Positions 24,359 through 37,194 of a stretch of DNA of 64,000 nucleotides are shown here, one piece after another. The position numbers and the translations under genes were made by a program. The notes beneath the pieces were generated by a model. The model was not told the DNA's origin, searched no databases, and was given only the letters and a program-made list of their open reading frames with translations. Within the stretch, counting starts at the first letter, position 1, and the number at the start of each line of letters is the position of its first letter. The stretch is from Mobula hypostoma (Eukaryota), in the NCBI RefSeq assembly GCF_963921235.1, contig NC_086097.1, forward strand, positions 211,112,001 through 211,176,000. The letters run 5' to 3'.

Positions 24359-24597
24359 CGAGTAGTTGTAGGTTACTGACCGACTGATGACCTCGAGTGG
24401 GTAATGATCTCACGTGCGTTCAAGTTCAACAGTGGGCGTGGCAGGGAATGAGAAAAGGTGCAGCTGACTCATATTGTTTCATATTGCCAAATCATATCGT
24501 TTCCTCATGCAAACAACAGGATGCTGGATATTCAAGCAACACACATCAAAGTTGCTGGTGAACGCAGCAGGCCAAGCAGCATCTGTAGGAAGAGGTG

Positions 24598-24635
24598 CAG
24601 TCGACGTTTCAGGCCGAGACCCTTCGTCAGGACTA
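24598..24635 (-). ncRNA. Minimal hammerhead ribozyme motif
   Basis: Exact reverse complement of 24675-24712. Confidence 0.75.
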
Positions 24636-24674
24636 ACTGAAGGAAGAGGTTAGTTAGAAGAGTCTTCCTTCAGT

Positions 24675-24712
24675 TAGTCCTGACGAAGGGTCTCGGCCTG
24701 AAACGTCGACTG
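24675..24712 (+). ncRNA. Minimal hammerhead ribozyme motif
   Basis: TAGTC-CTGACGA(24680-24686)-AGGGTCTCGGCCT-GAAA(24700-24703)-CGTC-GACTG; predicted cleavage after C24707. Confidence 0.75.
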
Positions 24713-24885
24713 CAACTCGTTTCCTCATGGCCCAGTAGCACATGCATTGCGGCCTGGTGGTTTGGGGACCACTGATATAGTATACTATCTACTGTATATA
24801 AGATGTCTAGAGAGCAATACCTTACATAATTGAGTTGAGATGCATTCTATATTTGAGTAGGAATTTATAGCTAAGCAAAGGAGAG

Positions 24886-25124
24886 TGTTGCTTATTTAAT
24901 ATTTCAGTAATATTTGAATAATATTGTAAATACTTTGTTTGATTAAGCATTCTTTGTTGTTTGCTTAATACATTATGAGTTATATTGAAGAAGTGCATGG
25001 ATGGCATACGTCATTACACCACCATGTCATATGTGAGCACCTCACTAAAGAATAGTAAGTAGACCCATATCCATGGCTCCTGTGTTTTCCTTTCGATTAG
25101 TTTCTAGAGTTACAAAACATAACA
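24886..25124 (+). repeat. 3' LTR of the Mag-type Gypsy element
   Basis: TGTTG...ATAACA, preceded by purine tract AAGCAAAGGAGAG; its end resembles 59456-59499. Confidence 0.7.
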
Positions 25125-25994
25125 ATTTCTCATTTAACATTGCTTCCAGTACACATCTGAAAACCAGGTGGAGCATTTTATATTTCACTTTTTATTTGTT
25201 CTGTCTTTTCTCCGTGGAGGAGAACTTAGCCTCTGTTTAATGCATCCTCATGTTGTCAAGTCTGAAAGCAAGAAAATGATGGGTGAAGATGATGGCCAAA
25301 GACCCATGTCCCACTATTCTAAATACAACACAGTAAGAGTCCATCACGTTACACTGCCTCTATAAAGTGATTCTTCCAATCATGTGGAAACCTGTCTGTT
25401 AAAAAGAGAAGAATTACACCAAATATCTTCCCCTAACATGGAAATTTTAGCACTGTAATTTGTGGAACATAAGGGGATTAGTGGAACAAATAGGAGCTAT
25501 GCATTAATGCAAACTCATGTCCTCATCAGACAATAGGTCCCCTGATGACCCATCAACCTCAATACATGTCTAATCTCTATCACAATTTCTTCCCTTTTCC
25601 ATATCCTTTCTATCATGTTTAATGTACCTTCTTCAATAAACTCCAACTTTGCCTTTGCCTATCCTCTCTCTCACACCACTTATTCATATTGTATCAACAA
25701 AGTTAATATATTTATTGTACTGTCCTTCAAAACTGGAATCATCATCAGAAAAAAACCTTTAAAAATCATTAATTTCAATTCTTAACTTTCTTTTCATCTC
25801 AAAGTTATTTTTATTTTAATTTCCTTCACCTCCATTTCCAAAGTTCTGTGTCAAAGTTGAAAGTAGGAAGCTTGACGTAATACTCATAAATGAGCAAATG
25901 TTAATAAAATTTTTAAAGGGGGGGGTAAGTAGTAAGTTAAGTATTTGCCAAAAATTTGCAAAGTTTGAAGCTTGAATGATCAGAGGCTCTACAA

Positions 25995-26072
25995 TGGGGT
26001 TCAACCCTGGGATCCACGGACCCCTCAGTTAATGGTAGGGGTCCATGGCATAAAAATGATTAGGAACCCCCG
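25995..26072. mobile_element. Decayed hAT-type MITE, about 80 bp
   Basis: Ends GGGGTTC and GAACCCC; internal GGACCCC/GGGGTCC inverted pair; flanks CTCTAcaa and CTCTAtgg. Confidence 0.5.
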
Positions 26073-26139
26073 CTCTATGGGTAAAAGTAGTAAAGTTCTA
26101 TGTTTTCTATATTCTTTGTACTGGAGAACAAGTATTTAA

Positions 26140-26410
26140 CATGGAAGAGTGAATGCTTAAAGGAGACATGTGGGCAAGTATTTTTTTACATGGCGGACTG
26201 GGCTGTGAGGGGCAGTGGTGGAAGCAGATATGATAGTGGCATTTCAAAGGCTTTGAGATAGATACAGGAATATGCATTGAATGGTGGGATATGCATCCTT
26301 TGAAGGCTGAAGAGATTTAGTTTAATTTGGCACCTTATCACCTTATAAGCCACATAATCACTGGCCACAGGGTCTGCTTCTGTACTGTACTTTTTGTTCT
26401 ATATTCTATG
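26140..26410 (+). mobile_element. CR1 3' end fragment
   Basis: Decayed ggcaagtattttttaca...gtggtggaagcagat...ttctatattctatg tail. Confidence 0.6.
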
Positions 26411-26819
26411 GATATAAGTGATATAAGGTTCAGAACTGCAGGAAAACATGAAGTTGAGTGAACTGTAGAGATAGAGACTGGTGAGACCACAAAGACGTTG
26501 TGAGTAAGAGTAAAGGAACGATGCAATGAGAGTGAACAATTGAGTTTGAATGCAGTCATGATGTCAGCCTGGTAAAATGTAAGCGCTTGATATGTTCCAT
26601 ATTGGAGCAATTCAAGCATTATTGGTCAATGGGCCAATTACAGTCGTGCTATTGAGGGATTCAGGGTACAACATAGTTGTTAATGTCCTGCCAATATTAC
26701 TCACTTCCCAGCAACAGCCTGCTCCCCTCCCCAGTCATTCCTCCTGCTCTGAGGAAGCATGGTGCCTTGTTATTTCCACAGGTCCAATTTCTCTGTTGTG
26801 CAGACGATGCAGTTTGTTG

Positions 26820-27085
26820 GTACTGAAGAATTTTTGCTGATTTATCAAAGCATCTGAAATAGAGCTTTATCCTGCTGAATGCTTGTTCAGAGACACGGTT
26901 GGTGGTCATGTGGTATTCACTAGATTTCTCCTCTACCTCATTACTCAGATTTCAGAGTTACGCCATTCACCATGCTCTAAAAGGATTATGTTATCTTTGT
27001 GAAGTCAGCCAGCAACTCTGCTTCCAGGGACAAGTGTTTGAGAAGATGGGTTGCTGCAGAACAGAAAACAGAAAGCTGCCTAGAG
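26820..27085 (-). pseudogene. Ancient PIF/Harbinger transposase relic
   Basis: Minus strand G*LHKD...AW*MA*L*N...EYHMTTNRVSEQAFSRIKLYFRCFDKSAKILQY aligns by eye with the Harbinger DDE-domain pattern GWLLGD.GYPL..WLMTP...YN..H..TR..IEQ.FG.LK.RFRCLD.SGG.LQY. Confidence 0.65.
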
Positions 27086-27136
27086 ATTTTAAACACAAGA
27101 GACTCTGCAGTTGCTGGAAATTCAGAGCAATACACA

Positions 27137-28019
27137 TGTAACCCTCTCATCGGGGTTCATATACAAACTTGGCTTGTTAGCTAACCCTGCCTACAGTCAT
27201 GTGACTTAGCACTGAGAAGGCCATCTTTCGTAGACGATGTATGTCTAGGGTCTGTATGATCTGGGGTTTAATCAAACAGGAAAGTTGGAATGTTCCAATT
27301 AAGGAACATTGATTGTACTGAACGCCGTGTAAATACTGCCCATACACAATTAATAGTCGCCAAAGAATTACAGATTATACACCAGCATAAAATTATAAAG
27401 AAAGTATATTTACCAATTTTTCAACTTTATCAAACTGTTAACAGGAAAAGAAAAGGAAGAAAAAAGGGCCCATTACAGTTAAACAAGTCTAAATGTGTAC
27501 ATAAACATTGGTGATCATTTCTGGAGTGGTTGGGTGCATCACTGAACTCACATGCTGAACGTTCTGAATGAAAGATATCAGTCACAGCTCAAACTTCCCT
27601 CGAGGACCGTCTTTAACAAATGGGCTAATTCAGGACTATTGGCACTTCTTCCTTTGAACCATTCAACTGCACAAAGCACTTCTTACCACGGGGTCTCTCC
27701 TTTGAACAGCATTCGACGGGCATCTTCTGTTGTGCTCCACTCCGCAGTTTCCACCCAAAAGACCCCAAACCAGCCTATTGTCCTTCAGAAATCTGATCCT
27801 GCCCAGTTCTCTTGAATCTTCTACTGGGCAGAAAGTTATAACATGCATCAAGACAACCCTGATTGGCTGATACAACATCCCTAAATTGGACAAAGTGGCT
27901 CCTTATCTTTAGCTGAAGCCCAGACATTCTTACGAGCAGAACTCACAGCTTTTTCAGAAAACTGCTGAAATAAAAATACCTCACAGCATAGCAGTAGAAG
28001 TCTCAACCAGGGTATTACA
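27137..28019. mobile_element. Solo LTR (883 bp) inserted in a pLTR-derived element
   Basis: TGTAACCCT...AGGGTATTACA termini; flanks (ctctgcagttgctggaaattcagagcaatacaca | tacacacaatgatggaagaacacagcagg) rejoin into a Penelope-type terminus; TSD CACA/TACA. Confidence 0.7.
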
Positions 28020-28169
28020 TACACACAATGATGGAAGAACACAGCAGGTCAGGAATATGCAGTTTATGTTTCAGACCAAGACCCTTCACCAGGACTAAAA
28101 AGGAGAGGGAAATAGCTGGAAATAGTGAGGGGAGTGGAAGGAGTACAAGCTATATCAGTGAGATGAAAA

Positions 28170-28935
28170 GAGATTTGGGGACCGCTTTATCCAGCACCTT
28201 TGCTCCATCCACTGAGATTCTGAACTGTGTGAATGTGTACCCATTACTCTATCATATTACAGTAATTCTTGCGCTACCATTTTATCAGTGTGAACTTAGA
28301 AATCTTGTAAACCTTATCATCTTATTTTTAAGGTAGCATATTTTTATTACTTTTTCCTACTTCCCTTCTAATATTTGTATATCTGTGCAATGCTACTGCG
28401 ACACTGTAATTTCCTTTGGGGTCAAGTATCTGTCTACCTATTTCTCGGTAACCACCCAGTCTAATTTGACTTCCCATTGACATTCCAGCATGTCTGTCTA
28501 CTGACATGCCTCTTCTACTGCGTTGATAAGGCCACACTCAAGTTGGAGGAGCAACACATCGTATTCTGCCTGGGTATCCTCCAACCTGATGGCATGAACA
28601 TTGATTTCTCTAACCCAGTAATTTCTCCTCCCTCCCCCTTCTTTCTTTTTCCATTCACCATTCTGGCTACCCCCCCCCCCTTTTCACCTATCCTTCAATT
28701 CCATCTGGAGCTCCTCCTTCCCTTTCTCCCATGGTCCAATGTCCTCTTCTATCAGATTCCTTCTTCTTCAGCCCTTTACCTTTTCCACTTACCCTCTCCA
28801 AGATGCTTACTTCATCCCCCTTCCCTCCCCCACGCACCCACCTTCCCCCTCACCTGCTCTCAGCCCAAAACATTGACTGTTTGTTCCTCTCCATATATGC
28901 TGCCTGACCTGCTCTTTTGCCTGGGAATTCTGCAC
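28170..28935 (+). mobile_element. Decayed Penelope 3' fragment with a Rex1-type 3' end inserted at about 28215-28440
   Basis: ATLKLEEQHIVFCLGILQPDGMNIDFSN, the GIY-YIG domain C-terminus, in ORF 28477..29091. Confidence 0.75.
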
Positions 28936-29059
28936 GCATTTACACAAACATCTTTTTTTTTTGCCTACAGCATAGTGAAGCCCTTGCAGGCAATAGAAGT
29001 CCTAGTAATTTCCGGGTGCCATAATTATTATTTTCACTTTCCGCTCAACAGAGGGAGTC

Positions 29060-29350
29060 CATTCAGCCTATTAGGTACATACCAATGCTAGCAGTCCCAC
29101 TTCCCTCCACTCGCCGGCTTCTTTTCCTGTAGCCCTTATTCTTTCTTATCTACAGTATTCCTGATCAACTCCCCTTTGGTACCCTTATTGCGAGATAATA
29201 TACAGGAGTCAATTAACTTCCAAACTTTGGGACATGGAGGAAACTGGAGCACCCACCAGAAACCCACATGATCACAAGAAAAACTTGCAAACTCCACACA
29301 GGCAGCACCTGAGATCAGCATAAAACCTGAGCCTCTGGAGTGTGAGGCAG
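29060..29350 (-). mobile_element. V-SINE-like element
   Basis: Plus strand ggaggaaactggagcacccaccagaaacccac...caaactccacaca is the reverse complement of the V-SINE core. Confidence 0.65.
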
Positions 29351-29587
29351 TGTTGGCTACTGATGGAACACAATGCCAGCCTTAATAGTTCCATGAATAT
29401 AAGAAACTGTTCAAAGTTCCAAACATTAGATGCTTTAAATTTGGGAAATTGAGTTACACTGCTCATTATGGAGTTGACTGATACCAAGAGGACTAGAAAC
29501 ATTAAAGGGCTGAGTTGAAAAACCAACAGCAGCCAGCTAAGCAGCACTGACTTCAGTATATTACCAGCGATTATGCCAAGCTAATTA

Positions 29588-30060
29588 GACCGTAAGACCA
29601 TAAGATATAGGAGCTGACTGAGACCATTTGGCCATCGAGTCTGCTCTGAGATTTCATCATGGCTGATCCATTTTCCTCCTCAGCCCCAGTCTTCTGCCTT
29701 CTCCTTATATTCCTTCACGCCCTGACTGATCAAGAATCTATCAACCTCTGCTTTAGATATACCCAATGACTTGGCCTCCACCGCCGGCTGTGGCAATGAA
29801 TTCCACTGATTCTCCACTCTCTAGCTAAGGAAATTCCTCTTCAACTCCACTCTAAAATGACACCCCTCTATTCAGAGTAAGTGTCCCCTGGTCTTAAACT
29901 CTCCCACCATAGGAAACATACGCTCTATCGAGGTCTTTCAACATTTGATAGTTTCAATGAAGTCACCCTTCTTTCTTCTGAATTCCAGTGAGTACAGACC
30001 CAGAACCGTCATATGACAAGCCTTTCAATCTCAGGATCATTATCCTGAACTTCCTTTGAA
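29588..30060 (-). mobile_element. CR1 3' fragment
   Basis: gaccataaga-type tail and C-terminal region collinear with 46750-47245. Confidence 0.75.
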
Positions 30061-31243
30061 CGGGGTGAGAAGAGGAATAGTCCAGATAGCTGTGAGAGTC
30101 AGTAGGCTTATAGTAGACATCAGTGGATAAGCTGCCTCCAGAGATAGAGACAGAAAGATCTAGAAAGGGGAGGGAGGTGTCAGAAATGGAATAAGATTCC
30201 CCTTGTCCTCACCTACGACCCCACCAGCCTCCGGGTCCAACATATAATTCTCCGTAACTTCTGCCACCTCCAAAGGGATCCCACCACTAAGCACATCTTT
30301 CCCTCCCCCCACCTCCGCTTTCCGCAGGGATCGCTCCATATGGGACTCCCTTGTCCATTCGTCCCCCCCATCCCTCCCCACCGATCTCCCTCCTGGCACT
30401 TATCCTTGTAAGCGGAACAAATGCTGCACATGCCCTTACACTTCCTCCCTCACTACCATTCAGGGCCCCAGACAGCCCTTCCAGGTGAGGCGGCACTTCA
30501 CCTGTGAGTCGGCTGGGGTGATATACTACGTCCAGTCTCCCGATGTGGCCTTCTGTACATTGGCGAGACCCAACGCAGACTTGGAGATTGTTTCGCTGAA
30601 CACCTACATTCTGTCCGCCAGAGAAAGCAGGATCTCCCAGCGGCCACACATTTTAATTCCACATCCCATTCTCATTCTGATATGTCTATCCATGGCCTCC
30701 TCTACTGTAAAAATGAAGCCACACTCAGGTTGGAGGAACAACACCTTATATTCCATCTGGGTAGCCTCCAACCTGATGGCATGAACATTGACTTCTCAAA
30801 CTTCCGCTAATGCCCCACCTCCCCCTCATACCCCATCCATTATTTATTTATTTTTATACACACATTCTTTTTCTCTCTCTCCTTTTTCTCCCTCTGTCCC
30901 CCTCACTATACCCCTTGCCCATCCTCTGGGCTTTTCCCCCCTCCCCCTTTTCTTTCTCCCTAGGCCTCCTATCCCATGATCCGCTCATATCCTTTTTGCC
31001 AATCAACTGTCCAGCTCTTGGCTCCATCCCACCCCCTCCTGTCTTCTCCTATCATTTCTGATCTCCCCCTCCCCCTCCCACTTTCAAATCTCTTACTAGC
31101 TCTTCTTTCAGTTAGTCCTGTCGAAGGGTCTCGGCCTGAAACGTCGACTGTACCTCTTCCTAAAGATGCTGCCTGGCCTGCTGTGTTCACCAGCAACTTT
31201 TATGTGTGTTGCTTGAAATTCCAGCATCTGCAGATTTCCTCGT
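30061..31243 (+). mobile_element. Penelope 3' fragment with an inverted 5' segment
   Basis: 30191-31243 is the sense linker, GIY-YIG and pLTR; 30061-30190 is an RT piece in the opposite orientation (matches plus strand 21939-22060); hammerhead core mutated to CTGTCGA at 31118-31124. Confidence 0.85.
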
Positions 31244-31244
31244 A

Positions 31245-31580
31245 TCTATCATATTATGATCACTTTCCCAAAGGGTTCTTTTACCTTAAACTCTCTAATT
31301 TATTCCAGTTCATTGCACGATACCCAATTCAGAATAGCTGATCCCCTAGAGGGTTCAACCACGAGCTGCTCTAAAAAGCCATCTTGTAGGCATTCTAGAA
31401 ATTCTCCCTCTTGGTATTCAGCACCAACCTGATTTTCCCAATCTCCCTGCATATTGAAGTTCCCCATGACTATTGTAGCATTGCCCTTGGCACGCATTTT
31501 CTATCTCCCGTCGTAATTTGTCAACCACAACCTTACTACAGTTTGGGGTTCTGTATATAACTCCCATCAGGGTCTTCCAC
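31245..31580 (-). mobile_element. CR1 endonuclease-domain fragment
   Basis: ORF 31300..31497 (IVMGNFNMQGDW...FLECLQDGFLEQLVVEPSRGSAIL). Confidence 0.8.
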
Positions 31581-31929
31581 CTTATAATTTTAAAACTCAG
31601 CTTATGTTTTTGCAGCCAATCAGCAGATAATAAGTCAGTAAAGTTTATTGAATGTGGGGTTTAGGGGTGAATGGGTTACAAGGAACTTCATTGCTAACTT
31701 CATTATCACATCAGTTGCAAAAATTTGGAGATGTTTGCAATAATTGGGAAGCAACTTGGAGAGTATTGAAGTAATTGATTTGTCAATGTGTCACCATAAA
31801 TGGAAAGGCCCTGACTGAACTAGCTACTGCACATCTAAACAGTAACTGCGGCAGCACCTGAGGTCATCTGATTTAAGGGTCCATGTTACGGTTCGTGCTG
31901 AGCAGCTCTAAAAGAGAATTTTCTGATCT

Positions 31930-32445
31930 TCGGGTTGTTCCCAACAACACACTCACAGAGGGACATCAAGTGCTGCTGGTTGTTCCCAACAACACACTCA
32001 CAGAAGGACATCAAGTGCTCTGTGAAAGATGCTCCTTGGTCTGCTCAGAACTGTTGGCTTTCCTACACAGTGAAATGTTTGTAAGGGAGAGGGAGTGCTG
32101 CTGAACGACACATTCCAGGATGCAGGAGTATGAACTAATGGATGAACTGGAGCTTGGTGCAGCCGATACAAAGGATTAGTGGGGAAAAGACCACAGCCTA
32201 GGGCCCTTCTGCTTCTGGACATTGGGAGGCTGAGTCCAGTGGAGAAACCCAGCAAACCACAAAAAGGTGTATCACACCCCAGGGGCCACATGGTGGCAAT
32301 AATGCTATGTTTTAAGAAGTGTTAACTCTACTGAATGTATTGACCAAATGACGCTAAGAATGTAAAGAGGTTTACATTGTGCTTTTCCTTTCTGATATAT
32401 GCAGTATATTATTATGAATAAAATTTATCTTTTAACATTAAAAAC
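31930..32445 (+). mobile_element. Tx1/L1-clade LINE 3' fragment with a 45-bp tandem duplication
   Basis: Decayed GLFP..H...DIKCCW / SVKDALWSARN / SRMQEY / WGKTT C-terminus, followed by AATAAA; duplication at 31933-31977 and 31978-32019. Confidence 0.55.
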
Positions 32446-33322
32446 ATTCATTTTTGTTCTTCCTACTCTGACCAGAATGAGATGATAATAATGGAATCCT
32501 CAATGTCCCTGAACAGCCACATAATGCTTAGAATATAGCTGCCAAAAATGACTGCCACATAAAAATGAATCCTAGAAATTTCCTGGCTCTCAGATTCACC
32601 ATTAGATTCATTTACTTTGGTCTCTCATAAGTTGGATGCTTAGGGAATAAAACCCCCTGTGACTGTGGTAAAGTTAGGAGTTGTCTCCCTGAAGAAAGGA
32701 CCTTTGTTTCCTCTGGTTCCAAATGCTAGGAGCTGTTATCAATACCTACAGATATGGCCTTGAGTGAGATGGAGCAAAGTATTGAAAGTCCTAATAAGAG
32801 TAAGCGACACTTAGCTCAGTCACCAAATATGTGGAGAATCTGGGTGGATGAAGCATTGCCCATCTCAGTGATGCAAATTGAAAAAGAGACAAAGATGATT
32901 GAGCAGATAGAGCATTGGATGTTGTCTACAAGAACTTCAGTAAAAAATTTGTCAAGATAACTCAAGTTACGCTGGTCCAGAAGATTAAGTGGCATGGGAT
33001 TTATGGTGAGTTGGTAAACTGGTTCCAAAAGTGGTTTGATCATAGAAGGCAGAGGGTGGTGTTATGGTGTTAGAGGTGAGTTTCTCTGACTGGAGGTTTG
33101 TGACCAACAATATTTTGGAAGGATCAAGGTTGGTACCTCTGTTGATTTGTAATATATATTCACAATTTAGATGAAAACGTAGGTATTCTGATCAGTAAGG
33201 GTGCAAATGGCACAAAGTTTGTGAAATTGTGCAGAGTAAGTAATGTTTAAGGCAGACACATGAATAGAGGGGAAGTAGAGAAATACAGACCATATGCAGG
33301 CAGATGAGATCAATTTAGATTG

Positions 33323-34282
33323 AACATAAAACATAGAACGTAGAACAGTACGGCACAGTACAGGCCCTTCAGCCCACAATGTTGTGCTGACCCTCAAACC
33401 CTGCCTCCCATAAAAGCCCCCACCTTAGATTCCTCCATATACCTGTCTAGTAGTCTCTTAAACTTCACTAGTGTATCTGCCTCCACCACTGACTCAGGCA
33501 GTGCATTCGACGCACCAACCACTCTCTGAGTAAAAACCTTCCTCAAATATCCCGCTTGAACTTCCCACCCCTTAACTTAAAGCCATGTCCTCTTGCATTG
33601 AGCAGTGGTGCCCTGGGGAAGAGGCGCCGGCTATCTACTCTATGTATTCCTCTTATTATCTTGTACACCTCTATCATGTCTCCTCTCATACTCCTTCTCT
33701 CCAAAGAGTAAAGCCCTAGCTCCCTTAATCTCTGATCATAATCTATACTCTCTAAACCAGGCAGCATCCTGGTAAGTCTCCTCTGTACCCTTTCCAATGC
33801 TTCCACATCCTTCCGATAGTGAGGCGACCAGAACTGGACACAGTACTCCAAGTGTGGCCTAACCAGAATTTTATAGAGCTGCATCATTACATCGCGACTC
33901 TTAAACTCTATCCCTCGACTTATGAAAGCTAACACCCCATAAGCTTTCTTAACTACCCTATGCACCTGTGAGGCAACTTTCAGGGATCTGTGGACATGTA
34001 CCCCGAGATCCCTCTGCTTCTCCACACTACCAAGTATCCTGCCTTGGAGTTTGTCCTTCCAAAGTGTACCACCTCACACTTCTCCGGGTTGAACTCCATC
34101 TGCCACTTCTCAGCCCGCTTCTGCATCCTGTCAATGTCTCTCTGCAATCTTTGACAATCCTCTACACTATCTACAACACCACCAACCTTTGTCTCGTCTG
34201 CAAACTTGCCAACCCACCCTTCTACCCCCACATCCAGGTCATTAATAAAAATCACGAAAAGTAGAGGTCCCAGAACAGATAC
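33323..34282 (-). mobile_element. CR1 3' fragment nested in an older plus-strand CR1 (about 32905-33320 and 34285-34356)
   Basis: ORFs 33980..34255 (FINDLD...KFADETK) and 33543..34025 (VRPHLEYCVQFWSP). Confidence 0.88.
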
Positions 34283-34789
34283 TTGACAGCATGGTTGGCA
34301 CAGACAAGATGGGGCAAATGGCCTGTTCCAGTAGTGTAGTGTTCTATGTTCTATGTTTACTTCACTAAGTTTTAACAGTTATTGTAACATCCTATTCAGT
34401 CATCAACAAATTCACAATTGATTGATAATCTCTTTGAAAAGCACAGTTGAGATGGGGGAGGGGGGGGGTGCTCCAAGGAGCTGAATACAAGGTTCTATGT
34501 GCATAACCCAGTTTAACAGGACTGACGCTAAAACAACATTGCTTGAGGATTGACACTTTTTTTTTAAAAAGTAGACCTAATGGGAAAATTCTTTCACAGA
34601 AAAACATTTATCAACACTTGGAATAGATGTTGATACAGTATAGAGTTGTTGCGAGATTTGGAGTAATTTAAAATCAATTGTTTCTCAGAACAGAGACCCT
34701 TGTGACCTTCTGGATGGATGAATTACTCACTTGCAATGCAATGCCTCTAAACCCTCAGAAGTTTGCAAAGATTTGGCATAACATCTAAA

Positions 34790-35563
34790 TGTCCCGGGGG
34801 TGGGGGTGGTGGATGTTGGGAACAGACCCAATTGCAAGGCACAGATACTGAAGTACTAGGAACAGGAATGGACAAAACTATATGACAGGACAGGACACAG
34901 ACTAGGAGTAGGGACAGGAACACAGACTAGACTCGGGAAGCAGGACCAGGACGAGGGACTGGGAACAAGGAGCCTGGGTGTGGACTCTAAGCCAGAGACT
35001 GGACAAGGACCCAGAACCTGGGTCTTGACTCAGGCTCGGACCCCAAAACCAGGCAAAGACGAGACGAGGCTTGGGTCCTTGGAGGCTCAGGTTCTTGGAA
35101 GCTAGACAAGGACATGACAGGGCAAGGGTACTTCGAGGCGACTCCTGGGCAGGACACGGGACTCCACCCCATGGAGAAAGGACAGGAAGGGACAGACCCA
35201 ACCACAGGGTAACAGCAATTGGCCTGGCTTACCCAACGGAGGCAAGGGACAGGAAGGGAGCTAGGTCTGGGATGGCTCCAAGACTCAAAGCGGCTGGTAA
35301 CCTCGGCAGGCTACAGAACAGCCAAATCCATATCTCAATGACTGCACTAGCCTTCCACCAGTGGATTGCTCCAAGGGGAGACTGATGAGACAACCCAGCA
35401 ACCATACTCAATCCCAGAGCCATTTATATTCCCAGCCCCAAGATGAGCATCAGGAGGTTATGGTTAAGTCCAACCGAAACAAGGGACAGCCGGAAGACCC
35501 GGAGTCCGGAGTCCATGGACCAGACCGTGAACCGGAATGCGGACTTCGGAGTGGACCGTGACA
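34790..35563. mobile_element. Solo LTR (774 bp)
   Basis: TGTC...GTGACA termini; 5-bp TSD CTAAA at 34785-34789 and 35564-35568; GC-rich against an AT-rich flank. Confidence 0.8.
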
Positions 35564-35619
35564 CTAAAAACTTTGACAAACTTTTATTGACGTGTGATGG
35601 AATGTTTTTTGACTGAAAC

Positions 35620-36090
35620 ACCGATGCCCTTGAACAGAAAATCCATCAAAATGTAATGGATACAGCTCAGTCCATCTCAGTCCTCTACACAGAGTTCTGT
35701 TGCAGGAGAGCAGCATCTATCAATAAGGAACCCCACCACTTGGGCCATGCTTTCCACTTTCTGCTGCCATAAGGAAGAAGATACAGGAGCCTCAGGACTC
35801 ATACCACCAGCTTCAGGAACTGTTATTACCCCTCAATCATCAGACTCTTGAATAAGTGGGGATAACTTAACTCAACCTCACTCTATCCATCAGTGAACTG
35901 TTCCCACAATCTATGGACTTACTTACAAGGACTCTTCATTTCACATTCTCAGTGTTTATTGCTTATTTATTTATTATTGTTGTTTTTTTCTCTTTTGTGT
36001 CTGGACAGTTTGCTGTCCTTTTCACTTTGGCTGTTTGCTGTACTGTTGGGTGCAGTCTTTTATGGATTCTGTTGTATTTCTTGCATTTAG
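35620..36090 (+). mobile_element. Rex1-type 3' fragment
   Basis: GRRYRSLRTHTTSFRNCYYP and 3' UTR collinear with 63240-63660. Confidence 0.7.
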
Positions 36091-36423
36091 AGCATACGCT
36101 CCATTTGTCAATGTGGAGCAGAGAACGGGTTTGTAAGTCTAGCAGGAGCAAAGGATGTTGGGAATGGTCAGGATGGAGTGCTGCGGGAGGGTTGTGGGAC
36201 AAGTGGCAAAGAAGGAGTGTCAGAGGCGGGGTGTGATGCAAGTGCAGGTTCATTTGATTTGAAGCAATTGGTTTATTGATCATTATAGAAGATCTCTCTG
36301 GTGCTTCCTGCTCCCTCCCCTCTTCCTTCCCCCACCCATGATTCCCCTCTCCCTACCTCTGTCCCGCTCTCAGTTCACAAAAGAGTCCCATATCAGAATA
36401 AGATTTTTTCATCACTCATATCT

Positions 36424-37148
36424 GAACATAGAACATAGAAATCTACAGCACATTACAGGCCCTTCGGCCCACAATGTTGTGCCGACCATGTAACATACTC
36501 TAGGAACTGCCTAGAATTTCCCTAGCGCACAGCCCTCTATTTTTCTAAGCTCCATGTACCTATTTAAGAGTCTCTTAAAAGACCCTATTGTATCTGCCTC
36601 TACCACCATCGCTGGCAGTGCATTCCACGCACCCACTGCTCTCTGTCTGGAAAACCTACCTCTGACATCCCCCGGTACCACTTTTAAACTATGCCCTCTC
36701 ATGTTAGCCATTTCAGCCCTGGGAAAAAGCCTCTAGCTATCCACATGTTCAATGACTCTCATCATCTTATACACCTCTATCAGGTCGCGTCTCATCCTCC
36801 TTCACTCCAAGGAGAAAAGGGTGTTAACTCAACCTATTCTCAAAAGGCATGCTCCCCAATCCAGGCAGCATCCTTGTAAATCTCCACTGCACACTCTCTA
36901 TAGAATCCACATCCTTCCTGTAGTGAGGTGACCAGAAATGAGCACAGTACTCCAAGTGGGGTCTGACCAGGGTCCTATATAGCTGTGGCATTACATCTTG
37001 GCTCTTGAACTCAATCCCATGGTTGATGAAGGCCAACACATCATATGCCTCTTAACAACACTGTCAACTTACGCAGCAGCTTTGAGTGTCCTATGGACAC
37101 AGACCTCAAGATCTCTCTGATCCTCTACGCTGCCAAGAGTCTTACCAT
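36424..37148 (-). mobile_element. CR1 3' fragment
   Basis: ORFs 36824..37039 and 36511..36711; AACATAG tail. Confidence 0.85.
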
Positions 37149-37194
37149 CTGTCATGAAATTTGTTTCCTTTTGCAGCAGCAGAACAGTTTGTTC

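Larger units (their letters stand above)
24510..24716 (-). mobile_element. 207-bp Penelope terminal-repeat insertion with inverted duplication
   Basis: TSD TCGTTTCCTCATG at 24497-24509 and 24717-24729; perfect 52-bp inverted repeat at 24596-24647 and 24663-24714. Confidence 0.9.
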
